This document shows, piece by piece, positions 27,267-37,398 of a DNA stretch of 64,000 nucleotides (positions are counted from its first letter, which is position 1; every line of letters starts with the position of its first letter). This stretch comes from Planctomycetota bacterium. GTDB lineage: Bacteria; Planctomycetota; UBA11346. Made by a program: the position numbers and the translations under genes. The notes beneath the pieces were generated by a model that saw only the letters and a list, made by a program, of their open reading frames with translations, made no database searches and was not told the origin of the DNA. The stretch lies in contig JBBQSO010000008.1 in NCBI GenBank assembly GCA_038213805.1, forward strand, positions 36,597-100,596, written 5' to 3'.

Positions 27267-29846
27267 ATGCCCTCCGCCTTTGCCCGTCGCGCCGCCGTGC
27301 GCCCCCTGCTCGCCGCGACCCTGCTCGCGCTCGCCCGTCTGGCCGGCGCCGAGGACATGCCAGATCCCCTGCCGCTGAGCAAAGTCCCGCCGGCGCCGGT
27401 GGTACCGCCCGCGCAGGGCGTGGCGACCATGACCGTGGCGCCCGGTTTCAGGGTCGAGCTGGTGGCGAGCGAGCCCCTGGTCGACACCCCGGTGGCGATG
27501 GCCTTCGATGGCGACGGCCGGCTGTGGGTGGCCGAGATGTGCGGCTTCATGCCCGACGTCAACGGCACCAACGAGGAAAAACCGATCGGCAGGATCGTGA
27601 TCCTGGAGGACACCGATGGCGACGGGAAGATGGACAAGGCCACTACCTTCATGGACGGCCTGGTGCTGCCGCGCGCCATCAGCCTGACCCAGGGCGGCGC
27701 GCTTATCGCCGAGCCGCCGACGGTGTGGTTCGCCAAGGATACCGACGGCGACGGCAAGGCCGACGTCAAGACCGCAGCGTTCGCCGGGTACGGCGGCCGC
27801 GGCAACATGGAGCACACCGCCAATGGGCTGATGCGCGGCCTCGACAATTGGCTGTACAGCGCCAACCACGTCGCGCGCTATCGTTTCCAGGACGGCGCCT
27901 GGCTCGCGAAACCTTCCGCCAACCGCGGGCAGTGGGGTGTCAGCCAGGACGACCTCGGCCGCCTCTACCACAACAACAACAGCGATTGGCTGAGCGGCGA
28001 CGCGGTGCCGGCAGATTGGTACGGCCGCAATCCGGCGCTGAGCGCGATCAAGGGCCACACCAGCGGTTCCGGCGAACAGATCATCCACAATCAGGCGGTG
28101 TGGACCGGACGCATGAATCCCGGCGTCAACCGCGGCTACCGCAAGGGCCAGCTGCGCGACGATTTCCGCCTCGCCACCTGCACCGCGGCCTGCGCCCCGT
28201 TCGTCTACCGCGGCGCCGCCATGCCCGACTGCGTCGGTGACGTGTTCATCTGCGAGCCCTCCGGCAACACCGTACGCCGCGCCAAGATCGTCGACCAGGA
28301 CGGCAAACTCACCGGCGCCAACGCCTATGACAGCCAGAAGAAGGAGTTCATCACCTCGACCGACGAGCGCTTCCGCCCAGTCAACTTCGCCGAGGGCCCC
28401 GATGGCGCGCTCTACCTGGCCGACCTCTACCATGGCGTGCTTCAGGACAAGGTCTTCATCACTCCATATCTGAAGCGCCAATCGCTGGCGCGCGGCCTGG
28501 ACAAGCCACTCGATCTCGGCCGCATCTACCGCATCGTCCCCGACAAAGGCTGGAAGCAGACGCCGCGACCGGCGCTGGAAAAAGCCACAATCCCGGTGCT
28601 GATCGCGCACCTGACCGACGACGGCGGCTGGTGGCGCGACACCGCGCAGCGCCTGCTTGTCGAGCGTGCCGACAAGACTGCGGTGGCGCCACTGCAGGCG
28701 CTGGCGGTCAACGCCACAGCCAAGCCGCTCGGGCGCATGCACGCGTTGTGGACGCTCGAGGGCCTCGGCGCCGCCGACGCTCAAACCCTGGCCAAGGCCC
28801 TGGCCGACGCCGATCCGCGGGTGCGCACCGCCGCCGTGCGCATCGCCAGCGCGCTGCCCGCCGCAACGCGCGCGCCAGTGCTTGCGCCCCTCGCCGCGCT
28901 GGTGGGCGACAAGGATACCCAGGTCCGCCTCGCCCTCGCAGCGTCGCTGGGCCCGATCGGCGATGCGGGGACCGATGCCGCGCTGCTCATCCTGGTGCGC
29001 AGCCACTCCGAGCAACCCTACCTGGTCGACGTGGCGCTCAGCGGCCTGTCCGGGCGCGAGACCGCGCTGGTCAGCCGCATCGCCAGCGACGCCGCCTGGG
29101 CCTCCGCCGGCGCGGACCGCTTCGTACGCGGCCTGGGCACCAGCGTGGCCGCGCGCGGCGGCACGGGCGGCGACCTGGGCGCGATGCTCAGCCTGGCCGC
29201 CAGCAGCAAGGGCTGGCTGCAGGAGGCGATCCTTGGCGGCGTCATCGCCGCGCGACCGAAGAATGCCGGCGACGGGTCGCTGGCGCTGTCCGCTGCACCC
29301 GCCGGTTGGGCCGCCCTCAGCAGCTCCGCCAGCGGCCCGCTCAAGGCCCAGGTCCAGGCCATCACTGCCTGGGCGTCATGGCCGGGCGGCACGGTCGCGG
29401 CCAAGGTCGCGGTCTCACCGCCCCTGACCGGCGCGCAGCTGACGCGCTTCAATGCTGGAAGGACGCGCTTCCTCGGTCTGTGCGCCGCCTGCCACCAACC
29501 GACCGGCCTCGGTCTCGCGAACCTCGCGCCGCCGCTGGTAAATTCGGAGTGGGTCGACGGCGCGGAGCAGCGCCTGATCCGCATCGCCCTCAATGGCGTG
29601 CGCGGCCCGATCCCCGTCGACGGCCAGACCTTCACCGGCGCAGTCGAGATGCCGGCGCTGGCCGCGACCCTCGACGACACGGCCATCGCCGAGATCCTGA
29701 CGTACATCCGCCACGACTGGGGCCACCAGGCCCCGCCGATCGAGACCGCCACGGTCGCGGCCGTGCGCGCCGAACTGGTCAAGATCAAGCGCAGCGAGGC
29801 GTGGACGGTGGATGAGCTGAATGCCGTGGAGGAGAAGGAGAAGTGA
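27267..29846 (+). CDS. PVC-type membrane-bound dehydrogenase domain protein with HEAT-like repeats and cytochrome c
   Basis: GFRVELVASEP, EDTDGDGKMD, ERFRPV, GRIYRI, C-terminal CAACH; signal peptide. Confidence 0.88.
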   Translation: MPSAFARRAAVRPLLAATLLALARLAGAEDMPDPLPLSKVPPAPVVPPAQGVATMTVAPGFRVELVASEPLVDTPVAMAFDGDGRLWVAEMCGFMPDVNGTNEEKPIGRIVILEDTDGDGKMDKATTFMDGLVLPRAISLTQGGALIAEPPTVWFAKDTDGDGKADVKTAAFAGYGGRGNMEHTANGLMRGLDNWLYSANHVARYRFQDGAWLAKPSANRGQWGVSQDDLGRLYHNNNSDWLSGDAVPADWYGRNPALSAIKGHTSGSGEQIIHNQAVWTGRMNPGVNRGYRKGQLRDDFRLATCTAACAPFVYRGAAMPDCVGDVFICEPSGNTVRRAKIVDQDGKLTGANAYDSQKKEFITSTDERFRPVNFAEGPDGALYLADLYHGVLQDKVFITPYLKRQSLARGLDKPLDLGRIYRIVPDKGWKQTPRPALEKATIPVLIAHLTDDGGWWRDTAQRLLVERADKTAVAPLQALAVNATAKPLGRMHALWTLEGLGAADAQTLAKALADADPRVRTAAVRIASALPAATRAPVLAPLAALVGDKDTQVRLALAASLGPIGDAGTDAALLILVRSHSEQPYLVDVALSGLSGRETALVSRIASDAAWASAGADRFVRGLGTSVAARGGTGGDLGAMLSLAASSKGWLQEAILGGVIAARPKNAGDGSLALSAAPAGWAALSSSASGPLKAQVQAITAWASWPGGTVAAKVAVSPPLTGAQLTRFNAGRTRFLGLCAACHQPTGLGLANLAPPLVNSEWVDGAEQRLIRIALNGVRGPIPVDGQTFTGAVEMPALAATLDDTAIAEILTYIRHDWGHQAPPIETATVAAVRAELVKIKRSEAWTVDELNAVEEKEK

Positions 29847-29852
29847 GGGGTT

Positions 29853-30068
29853 GCTGATGGCTGATGGCTGATGGCTGATGGCTGATGGCTGATGGCTGAT
29901 GGCTGATGGCTGATGGCTGATGGCTGATGGCTGATGGCTGATGGCTGATGGCGAAGCCGGTGCGAACCGGCATGACCATATCTGAAAGGAGACCAAGCGC
30001 TGCGAACCAGTTTTTTTTCCAGAAGAAGGCTTGGTCAGCTATCAGCTATCTGTCAGGAGCCATCAGCC
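29853..30068. repeat. Palindromic element: (GCTGATG)x14 arm, spacer, degenerate (CATCAGC)n arm
   Basis: Perfect units 29853-29950; degenerate arm 30033-30068. Confidence 0.9.
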
Positions 30069-30112
30069 CTCCCTCCATCGACCAGCAGCCCCCTCCCCAT
30101 AGCCTGTCACCT

Positions 30113-31057
30113 GTGAAGATCACCTTCCTCGGCACCTCCTCCGGCACGCCCACGCGGCTGCGCAACGTCACCAGCCAGGCGCTGACCCTGGACAACGGCG
30201 ACCTGTGGTTGCTTGACGCGGGCGAGGCGACCCAGCACCAGCTGATGCGCGCCGGGCTGCGCGCCTCGCGCATCGCGGTCATTCTCATGACCCACCTGCA
30301 CGGCGACCACCTCTACGGCCTGCCCGGGGTGCTGGCGTGCATGACCATCCACGAGCGCGACGAGCCGGTGCTGCTGGTCGGCCCGGTCGGCCTGCGCGAA
30401 TTCGTCCACACCGTGCTGCGCCTGTCCGAGAGCGGCGTGCCCTTTCCGCTTGAGATCATCGAGTTGTCTGCTGACCACCACGCGGTCGGCACGCGCAGCG
30501 GGTGGACGATCAGCGCGCACCGCATCGACCACCGCGTCGCCTGCTACGGCTACGACCTGCGCGAGGCGCCACGGCCGGGCCGCTTCGACCTCGACAAGGC
30601 CAAGGCCCTGGGCATCCCCGCCGGGCCGCTCTACCGGCGCCTGCAGGACGGCGCCACGGTGACCCTCGACGATGGTCGCACCATCGCCAGCAACGCGGTC
30701 TGCGAGCCGCCGCGGCCGGGCCGCCACGTCGTGCTGCTGGGTGACACCGCAGATGCCAGCGGCATCGCCGCGGCTGCCCAGGATTGCGACCTGCTGGTGC
30801 ACGAGACCACCTACGACCGCGAGCGCACCGCCAAGGCCCGGCAGTGGGGCCACAGCACCACCGCGATGACCGGCGCCTTCGCGCGGCGCGTGCAGGCCCG
30901 CACCCTGATCATCACCCACTTCAGCTCGCGCTACACTGATGGCGAGGGCCCCATGGGCGTGCCCCAGCTGGTCGCCGAAACCCAGGCCGAGTGCCCGGAC
31001 ACCGCCGTCCACGCCGCCGACGACCTGTGGAGCTTCGTACTGCCGCCGAAGGGGTGA
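30113..31057 (+). CDS. rnz: Ribonuclease Z (ElaC)
   Basis: FLGTSSG.PT..RN, DAGEATQ, THLHGDH, GP exosite, GDT, HETTY, GHST, THFSSRY. Confidence 0.92.
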   Translation: MKITFLGTSSGTPTRLRNVTSQALTLDNGDLWLLDAGEATQHQLMRAGLRASRIAVILMTHLHGDHLYGLPGVLACMTIHERDEPVLLVGPVGLREFVHTVLRLSESGVPFPLEIIELSADHHAVGTRSGWTISAHRIDHRVACYGYDLREAPRPGRFDLDKAKALGIPAGPLYRRLQDGATVTLDDGRTIASNAVCEPPRPGRHVVLLGDTADASGIAAAAQDCDLLVHETTYDRERTAKARQWGHSTTAMTGAFARRVQARTLIITHFSSRYTDGEGPMGVPQLVAETQAECPDTAVHAADDLWSFVLPPKG

Positions 31058-31065
31058 GGACAGCC

Positions 31066-31180
31066 GGATAGAACCGCCAAGGCGCCAGGAATAGGCAGGA
31101 TTGCCGGCACTTCGGCTCTTCTGCGATCTGCTTCCCCTCCTCCTCTTCCTTGGCGTCTTGGCACCTTGGCGGTTCTATCC
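31066..31180. repeat. Palindromic element with CGCCAAG-type arms; perfect 17-bp outer inverted repeat
   Basis: ggatagaaccgccaagg pairs with ccttggcggttctatcc. Confidence 0.8.
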
Positions 31181-31261
31181 TTCCTCACGGCCGTCCTTGC
31201 CGGGGGGTGAAGGTTGCCTCCGGGAAGCCCGGCCTAGGCTCGCCGGCCGCGAAAGGTTCAC

Positions 31262-32560
31262 ATGAACGTACTGGTGATCGGCAACGGCGGGCGCGAGCAC
31301 GCCCTGGTGTGGAAACTGAAGCAGAGCCCGAAGGTCGACCGGATCTTCATCGCGCCCGGCAATCCCGGCACCGCTCAGATCGGCACCAATGTGCCGATCG
31401 CGGTTGAAGAATTGGAGAAGCTCGCCCAGTTCGCGGTCGAAAACCAGGTCGGCCTGACTGTGGTCGGGCCCGAGGTGCCGCTGACTCTCGGCATCGTCGA
31501 CGAGTTCAAGCGCCGCGGCCTGCGCGCCTGGGGCCCCAGCAAGGCGGCCGCCAACCTGGAGGGCAGCAAGGTGGCGATGAAGGAGTTCCTGCGCCGCCAC
31601 AACATCCCGACCGCCGCCTTCAAGATCTTCAACAAGGCCGCCGACGCGCACGCCTACATCACCGAGGTCGACGGCCCGCTGGTGGTCAAGTGCGACGGCC
31701 TGGCCGCGGGCAAGGGCGTGACCGTGGCGAAGACCGCCGACGAGGCGCACGCCGCCATCGACCGCATCATGGTCGCGCACGAGTTCGGCGCCGCCGCCGG
31801 CCGCCAGGTGGTGATCGAAGAGATCCTCAAGGGCGAGGAGATCAGCGTCTTCGCCTTCTGCGACGGCCGCAATGCGGTGCTGCTCGACTACGTCCAGGAC
31901 CACAAGCAGGTCCACGACGGCGACGAGGGCCCCAACACCGGCGGCATGGGCGCGTTCTCGCCCGTCCCCGGCCTGGTGCGGCAAAAGGATGAGGACGAGA
32001 TGGTGCGGCGCATCCTGGTGCCGACCATGTCCGGGCTGCTGCACGAGGGCCGGCCGTATGTCGGCTTGCTCTATATGGGCCTGATGCTCACCGACGGCGG
32101 CCCCAAGGTCATCGAGTACAACGTGCGCTTCGGTGACCCCGAATGCCAGGCGTTGATGCTGCGCCTGAAGACCGACCTGGTCACGGTCATGGAGGCCTGC
32201 CTCGACGGCACCCTCGACACCGTCGACCTTGACTGGCATCCCGGCGTCGGCATCTGCGTGACGCTGGCCAGCGGCGGCTACCCCGGCAAGTACCCCAGCG
32301 ACCTGCCGATCAGCGGCCTGCCAGCGACCATGCCCGCGACGACCACCACCGACCAGGCGGTGGTCTTCCACGCCGGCACCAAAGAGAAGAACGGCCAGCT
32401 TCTCACCGCCGGCGGCCGCGTGCTGTCGGTGTGCGCGCTCGGCTCGACCCTCGACGAGGCGCGTGCGCGCGCCTACGCCGCCTGCGACGCCATCCAATTC
32501 ACCGGCAAGCACTGCCGGCGCGACATCGGCAAGCGCACGGAGGCGCGCAAGGGGCGATGA
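31262..32560 (+). CDS. purD: Phosphoribosylamine-glycine ligase
   Basis: GNGGREHAL, VGPE, LEGSK, GLAAGKGV, GPNTGGMGA, EYNVRFGDPE. Confidence 0.96.
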   Translation: MNVLVIGNGGREHALVWKLKQSPKVDRIFIAPGNPGTAQIGTNVPIAVEELEKLAQFAVENQVGLTVVGPEVPLTLGIVDEFKRRGLRAWGPSKAAANLEGSKVAMKEFLRRHNIPTAAFKIFNKAADAHAYITEVDGPLVVKCDGLAAGKGVTVAKTADEAHAAIDRIMVAHEFGAAAGRQVVIEEILKGEEISVFAFCDGRNAVLLDYVQDHKQVHDGDEGPNTGGMGAFSPVPGLVRQKDEDEMVRRILVPTMSGLLHEGRPYVGLLYMGLMLTDGGPKVIEYNVRFGDPECQALMLRLKTDLVTVMEACLDGTLDTVDLDWHPGVGICVTLASGGYPGKYPSDLPISGLPATMPATTTTDQAVVFHAGTKEKNGQLLTAGGRVLSVCALGSTLDEARARAYAACDAIQFTGKHCRRDIGKRTEARKGR

Positions 32561-32994
32561 GGATCCTGGCGCTCTGCACCGGCAACACCTGCCGCAGCCC
32601 GATGCTGATGACCCTGCTGCTCGAGGAGCTGCGCAAGCGCAGCCGGGCCGACGTCAGTGTCGAGAGCGCCGGCACCGGCGCCTCCGGCGGCGAGCCCGCC
32701 TCACCCGAGGCGGTCGCGACCATGGCGCGCCGCGGCCTCGACCTGCGCGCGCACCGCAACCGCAACCTCCTTGATCTCGACATCGCCATCTACGACCGCG
32801 TGTACGCCATGACTTCCGGCCACGCTGCCTACGCGCGCTCGCGCGGCGTGCCGGCCGCGCGCCTCGCCGTGGTCAACGCCGCCGGCGGCGGCATCCCCGA
32901 CCCGTTCGGCGGCGGCATGGCCGACTACGAGGCCTGCGCGCTGGCGCTGGAAGCGGCGGCGAAGGGGATCGTGGGGGAGTTGGCGGCGGGGTGA
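32557..32994 (+). CDS. Low-molecular-weight phosphatase, YwlE-like (probable protein-arginine phosphatase)
   Basis: P-loop CTGNTCRS, SAG, IPDPFGG; ATGA overlap with purD. Confidence 0.8.
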   Translation: MRILALCTGNTCRSPMLMTLLLEELRKRSRADVSVESAGTGASGGEPASPEAVATMARRGLDLRAHRNRNLLDLDIAIYDRVYAMTSGHAAYARSRGVPAARLAVVNAAGGGIPDPFGGGMADYEACALALEAAAKGIVGELAAG

Positions 32995-33020
32995 CGCGAG
33001 CGAGAACCGTTCGCTGTGCG

Positions 33021-33779
33021 TCATTTCACCCAGTTCCCGCGATCCCCACCCTGGCCAGGAGACAGCTGATCTCCGTCATCTCCCGCAGGCGAATAGATGT
33101 TGTCGATCATACCGTCCTTGCCGACGCCGTCCGGATTGCCGACGATGGTCGTCACCGGCGCGCCATCGTTGTCCTCGGTGACCATACCGGTGGCCGTTCC
33201 TGGGATGCTCTTGAGGGCCTTGGTGTGGGAGTCGCCGTACACCACCATCGCCTTGCCCTTGTGGTTGGCCGGCGAACGGTCGGCGCCGATCACTCGCGCT
33301 GATCCCGGGTCTGCGACGGATGCCCAGTCCCAGGCGTAGGAGACGGCGTGGTCCGGAGCGGCACCCCAGAGCAAGGCGCCCGCGCGATCGAGAGTCGGCT
33401 TGCCGACGGGACCAGCCCGTAGGCAACTCGGGCACTTGAATAGAGAATTTGGCAGAGTCATGACCGTCGCGAGAATCGAGAAGGTGTGGACGGTGGTCAG
33501 TCTGGCTTCGTGCGCGTCGGCGATGTGGATGGTCGGAAGGTCCTTGCCAGTCGGCCACGGGCTCGGCCAGGGCGCCTCCTCGGTCGTGCTGTAGGCGACG
33601 CAGGCACCCATTATCTGGCTGAGATTCTTGCTGCATTTGGTTTGGATGGATGGACCCTCGCCGCCACGCATCCCTCCGAACAGCGTCCACAGCACGCTTG
33701 CGAGCACGCCGAGCAGCGCGATCACCAGCACCACTTCGGTCAGCGTCAATCCCTGTCGTGGCGATACGGTGCGGTCCAT
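33021..33779 (-). CDS. Prepilin-type N-terminal cleavage/methylation protein (PVC DUF1559-like)
   Basis: RQG|LTLTEVVLVI, CSKNLSQI, FKCPS, C-terminal H-x9-D motif HKGKAMVVYGDSH. Confidence 0.8.
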   Translation of the reverse strand: MDRTVSPRQGLTLTEVVLVIALLGVLASVLWTLFGGMRGGEGPSIQTKCSKNLSQIMGACVAYSTTEEAPWPSPWPTGKDLPTIHIADAHEARLTTVHTFSILATVMTLPNSLFKCPSCLRAGPVGKPTLDRAGALLWGAAPDHAVSYAWDWASVADPGSARVIGADRSPANHKGKAMVVYGDSHTKALKSIPGTATGMVTEDNDGAPVTTIVGNPDGVGKDGMIDNIYSPAGDDGDQLSPGQGGDRGNWVK

Positions 33780-33986
33780 ATGTCCATGTTACCCGTCCTC
33801 ACACCCCGACGCCACCGGATTACCGCGCGCGCCGGGAGAGGCGAGCCCCAGCTCGCCTTGCCTTCGTGCCTCCAAGCACCATCTCACTCTTCACGGATCG
33901 CGCGCATCGCGAGTACACGCATTGCAAGGTGACCCAGGCGAGCTGGGCTCGCCTCTCCCGGCGCGCTCCCGGTCTGCTCGTGGCCC

Positions 33987-34841
33987 TTACCCAAAGATCG
34001 TCAACTGCTGTCCCTTGATGCGATCGAAGTCCACCTCCTTCGCGTGCGGCGTGTAGACCTTCTCCCACTTCTTGCGGTAGACGTGCGCGGCGAACTCGCG
34101 CAGGTTCACGCAGTCGGCCTTGCAGTAGGTGGTCAGGCGCTTGTAGGCGGCGAGATCGCCGCCCTTCCACGAGCCCCACAGCTGGATGGCCTCGAGGCCG
34201 CGCATCTCTTTGATGTCTGCGGGGCGCTCGATGCCGATCTGCTTTTCCATATCCTTCAGGCCGCCGCCCAGGCCGAGCGAGCGCGCCGGCCACAGCAGAT
34301 CCAGGTGCGGCTGCTCGAAGCGGAAGCTGGCGTCGCGGAAGTGCTTCTCGATGAACGGGATGTCGAAGTTGGCGCCGTTGAAGGTCACCACCAGGCTGTA
34401 GCCCTTGATGATCTCTCGGAACTTGTCGAGGGTGTCGTCGCCCGGCTGCGGGCGCCCGGCGACGAAGACGCGACTGCTCTGCGCGGTTGGACAGGCGTCG
34501 GCCAGGCCGATCACGGTGATCTGATCGTAGCCGGGCGTCAGGCCGGTGGTCTCGATGTCGACCAGGGCGATGCGCGGGCCTTCGCACAGGCCCATCCACA
34601 GGCGCCACAGCTCGCGCTCGGGCCAGTTGGCTTTGAACCAGGCGTGGTCGTGGCGCTCCAGCGCCAGCTGGGCCTCGGCGACGGACTCGACGAGCTTCTG
34701 CCCGCGCGAGGTGCCGAGCACCTCGGCGGCCTCACCGGGCTGCTTGCGCAGCACGTCCCACGAAGTCACGCCACGGCCCCACAGGGCGCGTTCCAGCTCC
34801 TCGGTCATGCCTTTGGCGAAGATGAAGCTGCGGGTCAGCAT
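33987..34841 (-). CDS. YprB-like RNase H-fold (RNase_H_2) exonuclease
   Basis: ERALW..G...W, DIETTGL, TFNGANFDIPF, HLDL, GGLK..EKQIGIER, YC.AD. Confidence 0.85.
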   Translation of the reverse strand: MLTRSFIFAKGMTEELERALWGRGVTSWDVLRKQPGEAAEVLGTSRGQKLVESVAEAQLALERHDHAWFKANWPERELWRLWMGLCEGPRIALVDIETTGLTPGYDQITVIGLADACPTAQSSRVFVAGRPQPGDDTLDKFREIIKGYSLVVTFNGANFDIPFIEKHFRDASFRFEQPHLDLLWPARSLGLGGGLKDMEKQIGIERPADIKEMRGLEAIQLWGSWKGGDLAAYKRLTTYCKADCVNLREFAAHVYRKKWEKVYTPHAKEVDFDRIKGQQLTIFG

Positions 34842-35031
34842 GGCGGGTCCTCGCCCCGGAGGGCCGTGCCCGCGCAGGCGGCCAGCCGGCGGGTGGGGCG
34901 ATCGTCGCGCGAGCCACGCCCCGGCAAGCGCGGAATTGGGTCGCATGCCGAAGCCTACTCGCACCCGCCCCTTGCCCTCACGCGGCGTGGGCATCGACTC
35001 CACCGCGCGATCCACCCGACCAGGAGGCCCC

Positions 35032-35487
35032 ATGGCCAAGTTCCCCGCCTTCTCGCTGTCCGGCTCCGACGGCCAGACCCATTCGCTGAAGAGCCTGAAG
35101 GGCAGGACTTTCGTGATCTACTTCTATCCGAAGGACGACACGCCCGGCTGCACCACCGAGGCCTGCGACTTCCGCGACCAGCTCGCCACCTTGTCCAAGC
35201 TCGGGGTGCCGGTCTATGGCGTCAGCCCCGACAGCCTGGCCAGCCACGCCAAGTTCATCGCCAAGCACGAGCTCAATTTCGTGCTGCTCGCCGATGAGGA
35301 CCATGCCCTGGCCGACAAGCTCAAGGTGTGGGGCGAGAAGAGCATGTACGGCCGCACCTTCATGGGCATCGAGCGCAGCACCTTCCTGGTCGGCGCCGAT
35401 GGCACCATCCTCAAGGAGTGGCGCAAGGTGAAGGTCGCCGGGCACGTCCTCGAAGTGTTGGATGCGCTGCGCGAGACGGCCGCCTGA
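35032..35487 (+). CDS. bcp: Thioredoxin-dependent peroxiredoxin (BCP)
   Basis: YFYPKDDTPGCTTEAC.FRD; AGGAGG RBS. Confidence 0.92.
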   Translation: MAKFPAFSLSGSDGQTHSLKSLKGRTFVIYFYPKDDTPGCTTEACDFRDQLATLSKLGVPVYGVSPDSLASHAKFIAKHELNFVLLADEDHALADKLKVWGEKSMYGRTFMGIERSTFLVGADGTILKEWRKVKVAGHVLEVLDALRETAA

Positions 35488-35594
35488 AATGGCGGAACCA
35501 GGAGCGCATCACCGGGCGCGTTTGCACCGCCCGGATGCCGCTTCCCTGCCTGTCCCGGAATGCGGATGATCGCCGTCATTCCGAGGAGGTCCCC

Positions 35595-36227
35595 ATGCGC
35601 TTCTCCGCTCTCGTTCCCGCCTGCTGCGCGCTGCTCGCCGGCGCCGCGTCGGCGTATGCCGCCAGCGAACCGCAGCTCAGCATCGCGCGCTTCGGCAATG
35701 CCCTGCTGGTGACCGCCCCGGGCGAGCCGGCAGGCGCCGCCGCCATGGCCGGCCACCTGCACCAGCGCGTCACCGTCGACTTCAAGGACGAGCGCGTCGA
35801 AGATGTGGTCGAGACCCTGCGCCAGCTCAGCGGCCTCAACTTTGTGGTGCTGCCGGCCGCCACCGCCGCCAACATCCCTGCGGTCTCGCTCAAGGCCAGC
35901 GACATGGAACTGGGCAATGTGCTGACCTGGGTGCAGACCCTGACCGGCCTGCACGTCAGCTATCTGAACGGCGCGGTGGTAGTCGCGGACAAGCCGCTCG
36001 CCGCGGCCTCGACCACGCGCATGTACGACATCAGCGACCTGACCCTGCCCATCCAGGACTTCCCCGGTCCGGAACTGGCCTTCAACGCCGGCGGCATGCA
36101 GGGCAAGGGCGGCGCGGGCGGACTGTTCGGCACGCCCAAGGACGACGCCAGCAGCCGCGCGCCAAGCAGCGACGAGATCGTCGAACTGCTGAAGAAGACC
36201 GTGGCCCCGGGGAAGTGGAAAGACTAG
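35595..36227 (+). CDS. Secreted protein with STN/secretin N-terminal-like domain
   Basis: Signal peptide; VTVDF..., TRMYDISDL...DFPGP; GAGGAGG RBS. Confidence 0.6.
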   Translation: MRFSALVPACCALLAGAASAYAASEPQLSIARFGNALLVTAPGEPAGAAAMAGHLHQRVTVDFKDERVEDVVETLRQLSGLNFVVLPAATAANIPAVSLKASDMELGNVLTWVQTLTGLHVSYLNGAVVVADKPLAAASTTRMYDISDLTLPIQDFPGPELAFNAGGMQGKGGAGGLFGTPKDDASSRAPSSDEIVELLKKTVAPGKWKD

Positions 36228-36240
36228 CGACGCTCAGCCT

Positions 36241-37197
36241 CTAGGCGCGGCGCTGCGACGGCCTCGCGCTGGTCACCGGCCGGCGCCCGCCGAGCAGCGA
36301 CAACGGGAAGACCGCGAGCGCGACCATCAGCATCAGTCCGGCGACGCTGCTCAGCTGCCAATCGAGGTAGTCCTCGGCGACGCGGATGTAATCGTTGGTC
36401 AGGCCGTATGAACCCGAATGCGCGTAGGTTTCACGCTGGCCGGCATCCCAGATCAGCCTGCCACACATCAGGACGTTGCTCCCGACCAGGTACCAGCCGA
36501 CGCAGCCGTAGAGCGAGCGCTCGGCGGCGCTGCTGGTGAAGCCGCCGGTGCGGGCGCGCCACAGCGCCACGCCGGCGAAGGTGAGTTCGCCGAGGTGGCC
36601 GCCGAGGGTGATCGCAGTGACGCGCGCGGTATCGTTCCAGGCGATCAGGGGCAGCAGCACGGCCGCGACCAGGGCTGGCCAGCGCAGCAGGGGCAGCGGC
36701 CACGCCTTCCATGCCAGCCACGCCACCAGCCCCTGCATGAACAGGGCCAGCGACCATACCTGCTGAAGGCCAACCGTGCATCCCTGCATGGTCAGAGAGA
36801 TGGTCGGAACCGCCGGACAGCCGGTGAGCAGGTCGACGACGAAGTGGCCGGTCTCGTGGAACAGAGCGGCCAGGAACCAACCCATGCGCCCGAGCAACGG
36901 GGTGGAAATGAAGACCACCGCCAGGGCGGCGCCTAGCGCGAGATGGAAGACCGGTTCGGTCAGACCTGCGATCCGGTGTGCGGGCTTTTCAACCGCGACA
37001 GCCGCAACACCCGCACCGCTCGCCACCATCGTGGGACCGGGCACCGGCACTGCGCCAGCGGGCGGCGCCACCGCCGCAGCACCAGCCGGGCCATCCTGCG
37101 GACCCGGCGCGTGCATGGTACCGCACAGCCCGCACACCTGCACCAGACCGGTATTGGGATACGAGCACGCCGGGCAGGACCACGCAGCGGGTTTCAC
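36241..37197 (-). CDS. RanBP2-type zinc finger fused to multi-TM HExxH (M50-like) membrane protein
   Basis: WSCPACSYPNTGLVQVCGLC; FHETGH; several TM segments; start uncertain. Confidence 0.7.
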   Translation of the reverse strand: MKPAAWSCPACSYPNTGLVQVCGLCGTMHAPGPQDGPAGAAAVAPPAGAVPVPGPTMVASGAGVAAVAVEKPAHRIAGLTEPVFHLALGAALAVVFISTPLLGRMGWFLAALFHETGHFVVDLLTGCPAVPTISLTMQGCTVGLQQVWSLALFMQGLVAWLAWKAWPLPLLRWPALVAAVLLPLIAWNDTARVTAITLGGHLGELTFAGVALWRARTGGFTSSAAERSLYGCVGWYLVGSNVLMCGRLIWDAGQRETYAHSGSYGLTNDYIRVAEDYLDWQLSSVAGLMLMVALAVFPLSLLGGRRPVTSARPSQRRA

Positions 37198-37398
37198 GGG
37201 GATGGATACGCCCGGACGGCGCTGCGGGCAAGCCCGCACCCCCTCCACCCGCACCCAGGGTCGCCTTGTGCGGACCACCGCGGGTCGTTAGGGTGCAGCA
37301 TCCGCGAAATCGCTGCGCACCCACGCGGCAGCGGAGCGGATGCGACCCGAGCCACGCGCTCGCGCCCACATCTCCGCCACCCCAGGTCGCACATCCCC

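Noticed and set aside
29853..29950. Tandem repeats as a CRISPR array
   Set aside because: The 7-nt units are contiguous with no unique spacers, and no cas genes are present.
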